63,068 bases of DNA, filler included, from 4 parts of 4 records of this genome joined end to end with filler, not necessarily neighbours in it, one strand, 5' to 3'. Counted from the whole stretch's first letter, positions 1 through 11,688 are shown. Notes: generated by a model from the sequence alone, not told the origin. A program made the numbers and translations.

Positions 1-2128
1 TTTTTTTAGGAATCTTATTGTTGAATTCTTGTACCTCAAAAAATCCGGAAATCATTAGTAATCCCTTATTGCCAGGATGGTTTGCTGATCCAACTATGAA
101 AAAATTTGGGGATGTTTATTACATCTACTCGACAACGGATAATGAGATGTTGGCCTCTGGTGCTCCAACTGTTTGGTATAGTAAAGACCTTAAGAACTGG
201 TATAACTATATTATGGAGGTGCCAACTTTAAATGCAGTAACACTTCGTAACTATTGGGCTCCTGATATTGTGGAAGGTGATGATGGCAGATATTATCTTT
301 ATTTTGGGAATTGCCAGACCGGATGTCATATTTACGGTTATGTTTCTGAAACTCCTGTTGGACCATGGATAAAACTTCACGATGATGATACACCAGTAAT
401 TTCACACAATTATCCAATTGATGGTTTTCCATCACTTGATGCTCAGTTTTTAAAGATGACGATGGGGTTATTTATGCTCATTGGGGTACTTGGGTACACT
501 ACAATAGCGGATATGCAGTTGGTGTTCTGAACCAGGAAAACATGTCTGAAATGAGTGAGCCCCAAAATATTCCGATTGAGCAAACACCAAACCCATTTGA
601 AGCTGCTTACATGATGAAAAAGGGCGATAAGTACATTCTCATGTATTCAGCTGAATCGTGTCACAATGAAACTTATAAAGTGTTATACTCATATGCCGAT
701 AATCCTTATGGACCATTTACTCCCGGAAAAAATAATCCAATACTTCAAACCAATGCTGACGGTTCAGTGCATGGCCCTGGACATCATTCTGTATTGAAAA
801 ATGGTGAAGATTATTATATAGTTTACCATAAACACGATTATCCGTTTACGGCTGGAGGAATGGCTCGTCAGGTATGTATTGATCATTTGATTTTTAAAAA
901 TGATTCAACAATTGAAGCTGTTGTACCTTCAGCAGAAGGAATTCAATCATTTATAAAAACAGATGTTCCTGAGAATATCGCACTGGGAGCAAAAGCTACA
1001 TCATCTTCTACCTATCATTTAAAGTCACTTGAATATGATTATCAGTATAACCCAGATTATGCTTTTGATGATAATAATAGCACAATGTGGAAAGCTGCTG
1101 ATAATAGTTTTCCACAGAGTTTAGTGGTTGATTTGGGTGATCTAAAAGAGGTAAAGCGTGTTGCTGTTCAATTTGAATTTGCATCGTACTATTATCAGTA
1201 TAAAATTGAATATTCCACTGATAATATTAATTGGGAGCTTTATGTGGATAAATCGGACAATAGAATTCCGGGAAGTCCAATAATTAATGATAATAATGCG
1301 AAAGCACGTTTTTTTAAATTAAGTATTCTTGGTTCTGAAAAAAACGGAACTTTTGCAGCAGTTTGGAATATGAAGGTATATGAAGAACAATTTGATGTGC
1401 CACTACAACTTGAAAATAAACCTTCTGAAAATGAGCCGGGGACAACTAGTACTAAAAGTATGTTGGTTGGTTTTGATTTGAATGAAAGTTCTTCGGAGAT
1501 AAAAACAAAAGCCATTAACAATGTTGGAACTTTAGGTGGGGTACTTGTTAAAACTGGAGAACTAGAGATTGTTCAGGATAAGGAAACTGGAGCAAATGTT
1601 ATCGATTTTAAGAAAGGTGCGTTGGTATTAGATGGTATTCCCGTTCCCCAAAGCATGGATTGGAATGGAGCTTTTTCTGTTGCATGTTGGGTGAAGAATC
1701 CAGAGATTAGCGACCGTGATGAGTGTTTGGCTTCTTGGTGCGATAGAAGCGAATTTTACCTTGCAAATTCATATAATGCAGTTCATTTCAATCGGGGTAA
1801 TCATGGTGCTGTTGCTCATCTTGATGGTCATTTTGATATGCCTTTTAATAATCTACCCGAGGCAAATATGTGGCATCACCTGGTAGTTACTTTTGATGGT
1901 GTAGTTGAAAAAGTTTATGTAGACGGAAAATTAGATAATGCACAAAATATGCTGTTATCATCAGCAATAAGGAATGCGAAAATTAGAATTGGATCTTCTG
2001 ATGTTGGAGAGTATTATACAGGCTTAATGGCTTCATTTGGTTTGTATGATTATGCGCTAAACAAAAATCTTATTTTGAAATTAATGAAGAGCACAAATCC
2101 TAAATACAAACGCCAACGAATTGATTAA
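1..2128 (+). CDS. GH43 family glycoside hydrolase lipoprotein with discoidin (F5/8 type C) and C-terminal LamG-like domains; 5' end probably off-window; split by frameshift at T-run 447-451
   Basis: GH43 motifs NPLLPGWFADP, YWAPDI, DAQF, FEAAY, HGPGHHS. Adding one T at 447-451 joins ORF 18-530 to ORF 542-2128 via KDDDGVIYAHWGTW. Discoidin motif AFDDNNSTMW..QSLVVDLG; LamG motif WHHLVVTFDG..VYVDG; lipobox-like LLNSC. Confidence 0.85.
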
Positions 2129-2359
2129 GTGATATGATTAATTTTTTGTAAGTCTTACATCTTTAATTAATTCTAATTTAGTTATTTCAGTTTGCCTTTA
2201 CAAAGGATTGATTTTTTGTTGTTTAGGGTAGTTTTATATAGAGGGATTAGTGGGTGTTGGTATTCAGGGTTTTTAACCAGAATTTTTAAGATGGATTTAT
2301 ATTGAATAAAATCATAACTTCGTTTGGTGAAAAAATGAAGTTAGTTTTGTTAGAGCAAT

Positions 2360-3188
2360 ATGGATCAGGTAAAATTAATTGCCACCGATTTAGATGGCAC
2401 ATTACTTAAAGATGATAAAAGCATATGCAGTCATGATTTGGATATGCTGAAAGAGTTGGGGAATAAACGGATTATTCGTGTTGCTGCAACAGGGAGAAAT
2501 CTTAAAAAAGTGAAAGAAGTTATTTCAGAGAATACCCCATTTGATTATGTCGCTTTTTCTTCAGGAGCCGGTATTTATGATTGGAAGAACCGTCAGTTAC
2601 TTTCAAGTAAGAATATGAAGAAGGAAACAGCCAATGCTATTTCAGAAATCCTTGTCAAGCAAAAGCTTGGCTTTCATCTATTTCGTCAGGTTCCTTATAA
2701 TTATCAATGTTGGTACTATCGTGGAGAAAGGGTTTGTGATGAATTTGATCGCTATTCAGTTTTTCACAACTCTGTTTCTGAGCCTCTCCCTGCAAGTCTA
2801 CATGTCGATGAAGATGTTTGTCAGTTTTTGGTAATCTTTCCAAATCCTTCACAAAAATTTCATCAATTAAAAGAAGAGTTGGAGGAGCGATTTGATGAAA
2901 TTAAGATTATTCGAACCAGCTCACCTTTATTAACTAATTATATTTGGATGGAGATTTTTCATGCCGATGTTTCTAAAGGAAAAGCGGTTCAGTTTCTGTG
3001 TAATCATGCAAATGTTCATCGAAGACAAACTTTTGGTATTGGAAATGATTACAATGATCTGGATTTATTGGAGTTTACTTTTTTCATATCTGGTTTCCAA
3101 TGGACCTGAGGATATGAAAAACAATTTTCTTGCAGCACCAAGCAATGAAGAGTGTGCTTTTAGTTCAAGCTTGAGAAATCATGTGTAA
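2360..3188 (+). CDS. Cof-type HAD-IIB hydrolase (frameshift at T-run 3079-3084)
   Basis: HAD motifs ATDLDGTLL, AATGR, VSKG, GNDYNDLDLL; the C-terminus YLVSNGPEDMK..SNEECAF continues in the frame of ORF 2961-3188. Confidence 0.88.
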
Positions 3189-3342
3189 TTAAGTTGAAAC
3201 AGTCATTACTAATTCAAAAAATAATATGACTATGAAGATGAATTGAGTATGAAGTTAAATCTGAGAATTATATATAGATTGCAAGATTTAACCTTTGTTG
3301 GGAGATTCACCTTATACAATAAGAAATTAATATATTAATGAG

Positions 3343-6148
3343 ATGAAACATTTACTAAGTATTTTGCTATTGCTTTTTGTTAGTTTTTCTTTTGCGCAAA
3401 CTTCATTAGAATTGAACGAATTGTTGCCGGAAGATCCTGCTGTGAGTAAAGGTGTTTTAGATAATGGAATGACCTATTATGTTCGTGCAAACAGTACTCC
3501 TGAAAACCGTGCTGATTTATTTTTAGTTGTTCGTGCCGGTTCAATTGATGAAGATGATGATCAGAAAGGATTAGCACATTTTGCTGAGCATATGGCGTTT
3601 AATGGAACTAAGAATTTCCCTAAAAATGATTTAATCAAGTATTTGGAATCTATTGGGATGGAGTTTGGTCCAGAGATTAATGCTTATACTAGTTTTGATG
3701 AGACTGTTTATATGATAAAAGTTCCTCTTGATGATGATGAGTTTGTCGAAAAGGGGTTGCAGGTAATGTATGATTGGGCAAGTCAAGTTACCGATTCGGA
3801 TGAGGAAATTGATAAAGAGCGAGGTGTTATTCATGAGGAATGGCGCGGAGGCAGAGGAGCTAATGAGCGGATGATGCAAAAGTGGTTGCCTGTATTTCTG
3901 CATGAAAGTAAATATGCTGAACGTTTGCCTATAGGAGATATTGAAATTGTTGATAATTGCCCCCCTGAAGCTTTGAGAAGGTATCGTAATGATTGGTATC
4001 GACCGGATTTGCAAGCGATTATTGCTGTAGGAGATTTTGATCAGCAGGAGATGGTTGAGCGCATTGTAGCGAAATTTTCACAAATACCAACAAGTGAAAA
4101 TCCTAGAGAAAAAAAATACTATGATATTCCGGGACATGAGCAAACATTGGTTTCTGTTGTAACAGATAAAGAGGCACAATATCCTATTGCACAAATTTTT
4201 TATAAGCACCCACTAAAAATTAATAAAAAAGTTGGGGATTACCGGGAGTCTATTATGCATTCATTGTTTAATGGTATAATTAATAAGCGATTGCAGGAGT
4301 TAACTCAGTCTGCAAATCCTCCATTTATTTATGGTGCAACTAGTTATGATGAGCTGTTTGGTCCTTCAAGTGTTTATAATTCAGTAGCAGTATGCAAAAA
4401 TGGTAAAATTGAAGATGGGGTGAAGGCGGTGTTGTTGGAAAATGAACGTGTAAAGCAGTTTGGTTTCACTCAAACGGAGTTTGATCGTCAGAAGAAAGCC
4501 ATGTTGTCGTCAATGGAAAAGCTTTTAATGATCGTGATAAGCAAAAATCGATTGGATATGCGAATGAGTATAAGCGAAACTTTTTATTGTCAGAAGAACC
4601 CTTTCCTGGCATTGCTAATGAGTATGGCTATTATCAGAAATTTCTACCAGGAATAACTTTGGATGAAGTAAATTCATTAGCAGATGAATGGATCATTGAT
4701 AAAAATCAGGTAGTTGTTATTACTGCACCTGATATTGAAGGTATGGCGGTTCCAACAAAAGATGAGGTTTTGGCTCTTTTGGATGAGGTTAAAAAAACAG
4801 AAATTGAAGCCTATATAGATGAAGTGGTAGATAGACCGCTTATAGCTGATGAATTGATTTCTGGAAAAGTTGTAAGTGAAAAGAGTCTTGAATCGGTTGG
4901 TGCAGTTGAATGGACGCTTTCGAATGGTGCTGTTGTTGTTGTTAAGAAAACTGATTTTAAAGATGATGAAATTTTATTTTCAGCATATAGTTTAGGTGGA
5001 AATTCCCTCTACGGTCAGGAAGATGATGTTTCTGCCGACATTGCTTCAACCATTGTTGATATGAGTGGTGTTGGTGAGTTTGATAATGTAACGCTTCAAA
5101 AAATGCTGGCGGGCAAGGTGTTTGGTATTTCGCCATATTTAAACGAGTTAACTGAAGGTTTTAAAGGAAGTTCGTCTGTGAAAGATCTTGAATCTTTGAT
5201 GCAAATTTTATATTTATATTTTACAGATATGCGTGTTGATGAAAAATCTTTTTCTTCATACATGAATCGTATAGCAGGTGTTCTTGAAAATAAAAAAGCT
5301 TCGCCTGAAGCAGCTTTTAAAGATACTTTTCAGGTGGTTTCTGTAAATCGTCACCCACGTAAACGTCCAATGGATTTAGATATTCTGAAAGAAGCAAAGC
5401 TTGAAGCAATTACTAGAATTGCCCATGAGCGTTTTTCAGATGCCAGTGATTTTAAATTCTTTTTTGTTGGAAATGTCGATTTTGATATGCTTAAGCCAAT
5501 GGTTGAAAAGTATATTGGTTCAATACCTTCTGTGTATAAAAATGAAAGCTGGAAAAATTTAAATATTAAATCTCCTGAGGGTGTTGTTGAAAAAACTGTA
5601 TATAAAGGTCAGGAGCAGAAAAGTATTCATTATACGGTATTTCATGGCGATTTTGAGTATTCAAAAAGTAATGCTATGAAAATAGATGCTGCTGGTAAGA
5701 TATTGACGACCCGTTTATTAGAGGTGGTAAGAGAAGATAAGAGTAGTGTGTATTATATTGGAGCGAGTCCTTCAGTTGAAAAAATTCCGAATGAGGAATA
5801 TAGTGTTGTTGTTTATTATGGTACTGCACCTGAGAAAGTGAAAGAATTACAGGAGATAGTTTTTGCTGAAATTGAAGATTTTCAGGTCAATGGGCCTAGT
5901 GAGGAGGAAGTGGATAAGACTAAGGAAAAACTTTTGCGTGAGCGAGAGGTGAGTTTGCGTGAAAATGGTTTCTGGATGGGGGTGTTGAAAAATGGCTATT
6001 TGTACAATGATGGTGATTTTAGTGAATTTGGAGAATTCAATGGGTTAGTTGATGAGCTTAATCCTGAAGTAATGAAAATGATAATGAATGATATTTTCAA
6101 TAAAAAAATTATTTCAGTGTGACTTTAAAGCCAGAGAAGTCAGAGTAG
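3343..6148 (+). CDS. M16 family (insulinase/PqqL-like) zinc peptidase, secreted; frameshifts at A-runs 4517-4520 and 6102-6108
   Basis: Signal peptide, LDNGMTYY, inverted zinc motif HFAEH, NAYTSFDET, ERGVIHEEWR; second half starts WTLSNGA. ORFs 3343-4656 and 4587-6122 join with one extra A, and the corrected C-terminus ends at TAG 6146-6148. Confidence 0.9.
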
Positions 6149-6167
6149 TAAATTTTAGCTAAATATT

Positions 6168-6196
6168 AAAGGGTCTGCAATTTTGCAGACCCTTTT
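6168..6196. terminator. Bidirectional intrinsic terminator between convergent peptidase and sulfatase genes
   Basis: AAAGGGTCTGCAA-TT-TTGCAGACCCTTT perfect hairpin with A/T tracts on both sides. Confidence 0.85.
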
Positions 6197-6199
6197 GTG

Positions 6200-7789
6200 T
6201 TATTCAGCCCAGTCGGGTTTTGGAAAACTGCGCATAGGGCTATGGCGTTTGTAGGATTCAAAAATGTCAGGATTTTCTCCAACTCTTGGATCATTGGTCT
6301 TTTTAAGGAAATCATTCATTTGTTTGGAGAGTGTAGTTAATTTCTCTTTGAATTCTTCGTTGTAAGCAAGATTGTTTAAGCAGAATGGGTCGTCTTTAAT
6401 GTTGAATAGTTCATATTCTGGACGTTTAGATGTTGACAGAGCAAAGTAATATTGTATGTCTTGATCTTTGTGGTTTTCAATTAGTACATCTTTGGTTGGG
6501 CATGGATCAATGTCGGTATAGGAGAAATCATAAAGATTCTTTTCTGGGTTTAATCTTCCATGCATTTTGTCAATAGTTCCATCTTCTTTAAGCATTTGCG
6601 GAGCTCCTGCAGGCCATCGTTCGGGCTTGAAATTTCTAATTAATAAAAACTCGTGCGTTCGCATAGATCGAATAGGATAACCAAGGTTGTTCCATCTAGA
6701 GGATGAATGTCTTTCTCTGCTTGAAAATACAGCATCTTTTGAGTCGTTGGTTAGGCCATTTTGCTCAGATAGAAGAGTTTTAGTTATGTCTTGCCCGGTA
6801 ATAGGAAGCATTCCTTCGCTACTGGTTTTAGTTAGAGCAAGTATGGTAGGAGCAAAGTCGGTGAAGCTGATTAAGTCTTCAATGTTTCTGTTTGCTTTAA
6901 TTTTTGCAGGCCAGCTAATTGCTAATGGAACATGTATCCCATACTCGTATCCATTTGCTTTAGCTCTTGGGAAGGCCATTCCATTATCTGAAGTCACAAT
7001 GATGATTGTGTTTTCAAGTTCGCCAATTTCTTCTAGGTGGTCAATCATCTGCCCTAGATGTTTGTCGAACCACTCAATTTCAATAGCATAATCAGCAATG
7101 TCACTTTGAACTTCTTTGTTGTTTGGTAAGAATTCAGGCGTTTTTGCTTTATTAATATCTTTTCCGAGTCTTTTTCCAGAGCCTTTTTCAAATTTTCTGT
7201 GTGGTTCTTTCGCCCCGTACCAAAAATAAAAAGGCTGATTTGAACCCCTTTCTTTCAAGAACTTCTTGAAATTTTCTGTGTAGTTTGTACTGATGATGCC
7301 ATTGGTCGGTGGTGAGTCGGGAGCGTTTTTTTTATACTGAATGGCGTTGTGTGCTGGGCCGGCAGGGTTGTGTTTCCATCCAGAATCTTTCCAGTTGAAT
7401 GGGTCGCATCCCTTTCCTGTTATTCCAATTTTATAACCTGCTTTTTCTAGTAAAAGTGGAAATGTAACATATTTGGTAGGGTAGTCGCTTGCATGTTGCC
7501 CGGCTTGCTCGTTTTGCCATGGGTAGCGACCCGTTAAAAGAGCAGATCTTGAGGGGGCGCATCCGGGAGATCCTGCTATGCAATTTGTAAAATGGATGCC
7601 AGATTCAGCAATCTTATCAAAATTTGGGGTTTTTATAATTGGATCCCCTGCTAAGCTTGTGTGAGCATAGCTTTGATCATCACTAATGGCTATTAGAATG
7701 TTTGGTCGTCTTTCTTGCTGGTTTTTCTTGCAGGAAGAAAAAATAGCAATGCAAAATAAAATACACCATATGAGATAGTTAGTTTTCAT
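6200..7789 (-). CDS. S1 family formylglycine-dependent sulfatase, lipoprotein (heparan N-sulfatase-like)
   Basis: RPNILIAISDD, CAPSRSALLTGR (CxPxR), TSDNG, ELFNIKDDP; lipobox IFSSC. Confidence 0.92.
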   Translation of the reverse strand: MKTNYLIWCILFCIAIFSSCKKNQQERRPNILIAISDDQSYAHTSLAGDPIIKTPNFDKIAESGIHFTNCIAGSPGCAPSRSALLTGRYPWQNEQAGQHASDYPTKYVTFPLLLEKAGYKIGITGKGCDPFNWKDSGWKHNPAGPAHNAIQYKKNAPDSPPTNGIISTNYTENFKKFLKERGSNQPFYFWYGAKEPHRKFEKGSGKRLGKDINKAKTPEFLPNNKEVQSDIADYAIEIEWFDKHLGQMIDHLEEIGELENTIIIVTSDNGMAFPRAKANGYEYGIHVPLAISWPAKIKANRNIEDLISFTDFAPTILALTKTSSEGMLPITGQDITKTLLSEQNGLTNDSKDAVFSSRERHSSSRWNNLGYPIRSMRTHEFLLIRNFKPERWPAGAPQMLKEDGTIDKMHGRLNPEKNLYDFSYTDIDPCPTKDVLIENHKDQDIQYYFALSTSKRPEYELFNIKDDPFCLNNLAYNEEFKEKLTTLSKQMNDFLKKTNDPRVGENPDIFESYKRHSPMRSFPKPDWAE

Positions 7790-7881
7790 AAGTTGAGATT
7801 TTAATTATTTAAAGGTACTGATAGAAATCTAAATTTAAAAAAGGTCTCAAAGTTTTGGAATTATGTAAAAAAAGTATTTTA

Positions 7882-7914
7882 TTTGTTATACAATGTTTTA
7901 TAATGTATAACAAA
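7882..7914 (+). promoter_or_regulatory. Palindromic operator overlapping a TATAAT box, immediately upstream of the J-domain/RHH genes
   Basis: TTTGTTATACA (7882-7892) and TGTATAACAAA (7904-7914) are perfect reverse complements; also three 10-bp phased repeats TGTTATACAA/TGTTTTATAA/TGTATAACAA. Confidence 0.6.
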
Positions 7915-7926
7915 AGATAACAACTG

Positions 7927-8271
7927 ATGATTTTTTTGGATAAGGTTTATAATCAGGAAGATTTGACTAAAGAATACAGGCGGCTGGCTCGAATGTATCA
8001 TCCGGATAAAGGTGGTGATGAGTTGTTGATGAAGCAGTTGAATAGGGAGTATGAAATAAGAAAAAGAGGAATGCTCCGTGGCAGTGCTCATAATTTTGAT
8101 AATTTAAAGGAAGGTGATGTTGTTTTTGTAAATGGAACCGAGTGTAAGGTCACTCATGTTTCACCTTATGCCTTTATTGCTAAGGCAAAGTATAAGAATA
8201 AGTCTGCTGTTTTTGATAGGAAAACGGGTGTTGCAGTGGGTGATAGAAAGTATAGGGCAACTTTGATTTAA
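7927..8271 (+). CDS. Small J-domain (DnaJ-like) protein with C-terminal beta-rich domain
   Basis: EDLTKEYRRLARMYHPDKGGDELLMKQLNREYE contains the HPD motif of J domains; followed by LKEGDVVFVNGTECKVTHV (SH3/KOW-like pattern). Confidence 0.8.
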   Translation: MIFLDKVYNQEDLTKEYRRLARMYHPDKGGDELLMKQLNREYEIRKRGMLRGSAHNFDNLKEGDVVFVNGTECKVTHVSPYAFIAKAKYKNKSAVFDRKTGVAVGDRKYRATLI

Positions 8272-8272
8272 T

Positions 8273-8455
8273 ATGAGTAAGCAGAAGAAAGTATTGACAG
8301 GCTTTCGTCTGTCGGAAGGAAATGTGCGTTTTATCGAAGATACTGGCAAGAAGCTAGGGATAAATAAAACTTCGGTAATGGATATGATGATTACAATTGT
8401 TCGTAAGGATAAAAATCTTCTTTCAGGATTAATTGAAAAAGCTTTAGATGATTAA
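8273..8455 (+). CDS. Small putative ribbon-helix-helix DNA-binding protein
   Basis: 60 aa; N-terminal strand KKVLTGFRLS followed by two predicted helices with LGINKTSVMDMMI, the RHH pattern; 1 nt gap after the upstream stop. Confidence 0.6.
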   Translation: MSKQKKVLTGFRLSEGNVRFIEDTGKKLGINKTSVMDMMITIVRKDKNLLSGLIEKALDD

Positions 8456-8488
8456 AGTAGAAGATAAATAGTATATTGTCAACGTAAA

Positions 8489-8818
8489 ATGTTACTTATG
8501 GAAGAGTTTCAGCTTGATGTGAAGAATGATATGCAAGGTGCAATTGAAAGACTTGATTTCCGGGGTGAAATGGTTTTGTCAAATATGGAGTCGTTATTGG
8601 GTGAAATGTCTTTGTTGAACTTTGATTCTTCGCAAAATGTCAGGATTTCTTTAAAAGAAGTTGTTGAACTTGATCTTTCTTTTTTGCAATTATTTAAGTC
8701 TTTTGTTTTCATGTTGCAGAAAAGACAATTGTCGGTAGTTGTTGAGTGGCCAGAGGATAATTCCTTGGTTGGGCTGCTTGAACGCTCAGGGTTTAAAAGT
8801 GTGTTGAATATGAATTAG
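8489..8818 (+). CDS. STAS domain protein
   Basis: LKEVVELDLSFLQL and LLERSG fit STAS_2; typical position just before cheY-cheA. Confidence 0.8.
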   Translation: MLLMEEFQLDVKNDMQGAIERLDFRGEMVLSNMESLLGEMSLLNFDSSQNVRISLKEVVELDLSFLQLFKSFVFMLQKRQLSVVVEWPEDNSLVGLLERSGFKSVLNMN

Positions 8819-8824
8819 AGAGTG

Positions 8825-9187
8825 ATGAAAAGTATATTAGTTGTAGATGATTCTCAAAGTATTCGTGAAGCTGTTTCTTTTGCATTAGAAGAAGCCGGAT
8901 TTTCTGTGAGGAAAGCTTCTGATGGTATTGATGCATTGAATGTGTTTGAAACTGCTCATTTTGATTTATTACTGACTGATTTTCATATGCCAGAAATGAA
9001 TGGTTTGGAGTTGATTCGTAATGTGAGAAAAGTTGAGAAATATAAGCATTTGCCAATTCTTGTTTTAACTACAGAAACACAGCGTGAAATAGTACAGGAA
9101 GCAAAGCAGGCAGGAGCAACTGGGTGGCTTGTTAAGCCTTTTAATATGGAAAAGCTAATAACAACAATCCGAAGAGTGGTGAGGTAA
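8825..9187 (+). CDS. cheY: Chemotaxis response regulator CheY
   Basis: Stand-alone REC domain: ILVVDDS, LTDFHMPEMNG, LTTE, GATGWLVKPF. Confidence 0.93.
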   Translation: MKSILVVDDSQSIREAVSFALEEAGFSVRKASDGIDALNVFETAHFDLLLTDFHMPEMNGLELIRNVRKVEKYKHLPILVLTTETQREIVQEAKQAGATGWLVKPFNMEKLITTIRRVVR

Positions 9188-11202
9188 TGGATAAATTTCA
9201 GCAAAGGTTCAAAGATGAAGCTGGTGAGTATTTTGAAAAACTGGAGCTTATATTGTTAAATCTGGAAACTGATTTTTCAAGAACAGATTTAATTGAAGAG
9301 GTTTTTCGAGTAATGCACTCATTGAAAGGGAGTGGAGCAATGTTTGGATTCAATCTTTTAAGTGAGGCTACTCATGATTTGGAATCTCTATATGATTTAA
9401 TCAGGTCAGGTGCAGTAGAGTTAAATTCATCGATAATTAGTTTTACGCTTGAATCAATAGATTTGCTGAAAAGATTGTTGAAAATCGAAGTTGATGCAGA
9501 TTTGCAAAAAGAACTTGTTCAATTTAAGGCAGATGTAGTTAGAGTGATGTCTGTTCAGGGAGAAGTGGCTGAGAAAGCTGATATTGAGCAAAAAAAAGCA
9601 TTAGAGCCTGAGTCTGATGATATTTCTAATGAAAATAACACTATTTATTTCATCAGCTTTATACCGCATAAGAATGTTCTTCAAAACGGAACAAATCCAC
9701 TCTATTTAATAGATGAATTGCATACTCTGGGTGAGTGTGTTGCAAATGCTTCGTTTGATGATTTGCCTGTTTTTGGAGATTTGGAGTATGATATTTGTTA
9801 CACCAGTTGGCGTGTCGTTTTGAAAACTCAAGAAGGAATTGGTGAAATTGAGGATGTGTTTCTATTTGTAAAGGAGGAAGGTGAGCTTGTTGTTTTGCCA
9901 ATTTTAAACTCTTCATATATTGAAACGGATGATTATAGCCGGTTGTTTGAGGCATCTTTAGATGAAGCGCTAACTATGATTCGTGTTGTTGAAGCAGAAC
10001 CCGAGTTAGAGGTTGATGATAAATCCAAAGTCTCAATTTTAAATAGTCAATCAGAACTTTCTTCAATTCGAGTTAACTCTCAGAAGATTGATGAGTATAT
10101 GAACCTTGTAAGTGAAATGATAACTGCTCAATCACGGTTGATGCTTATTACGGAAGATAAGAACGATCCTGAGTTAATGGCTGTAACTGAAAATTTTCAA
10201 AAACTAATTCGCCAATTAAGAGATAATGCTTTTAATATGAGCCTTGTGCCGCTTCTGAATATGATGGCACGGTTTAAACGTTTGGTTAGGGATTTATCGG
10301 CAGAATTAAATAAAGAAGTCGAATTGGTTACAGATGGTCTGGAGACAGAGGTTGATAAGAATATGATTGAGAAACTAACAGATCCAATGCTGCATATAAT
10401 CCGAAACTGCATAGATCATGGCATTGAAAGTCCATCTGTTCGAATTGGTAATGGCAAATCGTCCAAAGGCATGATTCATGTAAAAGCGAGTTATGTTGGT
10501 ACATTTGTACAAATTGAGATTCATGATGATGGCGCTGGTTTAGATTTTGAGAAGATTCGACAAAAAGCAATTGATAAAGGAATGCTTGATGAAACCGAAG
10601 AGGTTAATTATTCTGAATTAATCCAACTGATTTTCGAGCCCGGTTTCTCAACTACAGTAGAAGTTTCTGATGTGTCGGGTCGCGGTGTTGGAATGGATGT
10701 TGCTCGTCAGGCTATTAAAAACTTGAGAGGTGAAGTTGAAATTGATTCCGTAGAAGGGGAAGGTACACATATAACACTTCGGGTTCCACTTACGTTATCT
10801 ATAATTGATGGCTTACTTACTCAGGTTGATGAGGAATACTTTGTTGTGCCTACAAGTAATATTGAGAAAATCTATGCGGTTAGTGAAGGTCAACAAGTAA
10901 ATGATTTTAGGAAAGTAATTGTTTTTGAAGGTAAAGAAATTCCGTATTTAAATCTTAGAAAAGAGTTTAATCCAGAATCTGTAGAAAAACCAAATCAGTA
11001 TTTGATTGCAGTTAAAGCCGAAGGTGATCAGTTGTTTGGCTTAATTGTAGATGAAGTAGTGAGGGAATACCAGGCTGTTGTGAAACCACTTGGGAAAATG
11101 TTAAAGCAACATGATATGTTTTTTGGAGCAAGTATTTTAGGAGATGGTAAGCTTGCTCTCGTTGTAGATACTAAAAAGATAATTAATAATTATTCATCAT
11201 AA
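9187..11202 (+). CDS. cheA: Chemotaxis histidine kinase CheA
   Basis: HPt motif FRVMHSLKGSG, HIIRNCIDHGIE, DDGAGLD, FEPGFST..SGRGVGMD, C-terminal CheW-like domain. Confidence 0.96.
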   Translation: MDKFQQRFKDEAGEYFEKLELILLNLETDFSRTDLIEEVFRVMHSLKGSGAMFGFNLLSEATHDLESLYDLIRSGAVELNSSIISFTLESIDLLKRLLKIEVDADLQKELVQFKADVVRVMSVQGEVAEKADIEQKKALEPESDDISNENNTIYFISFIPHKNVLQNGTNPLYLIDELHTLGECVANASFDDLPVFGDLEYDICYTSWRVVLKTQEGIGEIEDVFLFVKEEGELVVLPILNSSYIETDDYSRLFEASLDEALTMIRVVEAEPELEVDDKSKVSILNSQSELSSIRVNSQKIDEYMNLVSEMITAQSRLMLITEDKNDPELMAVTENFQKLIRQLRDNAFNMSLVPLLNMMARFKRLVRDLSAELNKEVELVTDGLETEVDKNMIEKLTDPMLHIIRNCIDHGIESPSVRIGNGKSSKGMIHVKASYVGTFVQIEIHDDGAGLDFEKIRQKAIDKGMLDETEEVNYSELIQLIFEPGFSTTVEVSDVSGRGVGMDVARQAIKNLRGEVEIDSVEGEGTHITLRVPLTLSIIDGLLTQVDEEYFVVPTSNIEKIYAVSEGQQVNDFRKVIVFEGKEIPYLNLRKEFNPESVEKPNQYLIAVKAEGDQLFGLIVDEVVREYQAVVKPLGKMLKQHDMFFGASILGDGKLALVVDTKKIINNYSS

Positions 11203-11203
11203 A

Positions 11204-11688
11204 ATGGAAACTGAAATTATAAATGGACTCGATTCTTATCTAACATTTCAGTTGGGGGAAGAAAAGTTTGCTGTTAATATTGGGCATGTAAAAAAATATT
11301 GGAGAAGTCTGATGTGACTAAAGTACCCCATGTGCCTGATTATTACAAAGGTGTAATCAACTTGTTTGGTGATGTTTTGCCAGTTGTAGATGCTCGTCAG
11401 CGATTTGGAATGCAAGCAACTGAGTATACCGAAAAAACATGTATTATTGTTTTGTTGCTTTCGCATGAAGAGGAGCCCTTTTCAGTTGGCTTTATTGTAG
11501 ATCAGGTTCATCAGGTTGTTGTGATTTCTGATGAAATGATGAAAGATACTCCAGGCTTAGGAAAAGGAGATGAGCATGGCTTTATAAAAGCTATTGCAAA
11601 TGTTAAAGAAGAATTTATTATTGTTTTGGATGTTGATAATCTTTTTAATGCCAGTGATCTGGAATTAATTGATCCCGTGGAATCTTAA
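11204..11688 (+). CDS. cheW: Chemotaxis adaptor CheW (frameshift at A-run 11290-11296)
   Basis: ATG 11204 gives SYLTFQLGEEKFAVNIGHV; continues into ORF 11299-11688 with TKVPHVPDYYKGVINLFGDVLPVVD. Confidence 0.9.
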
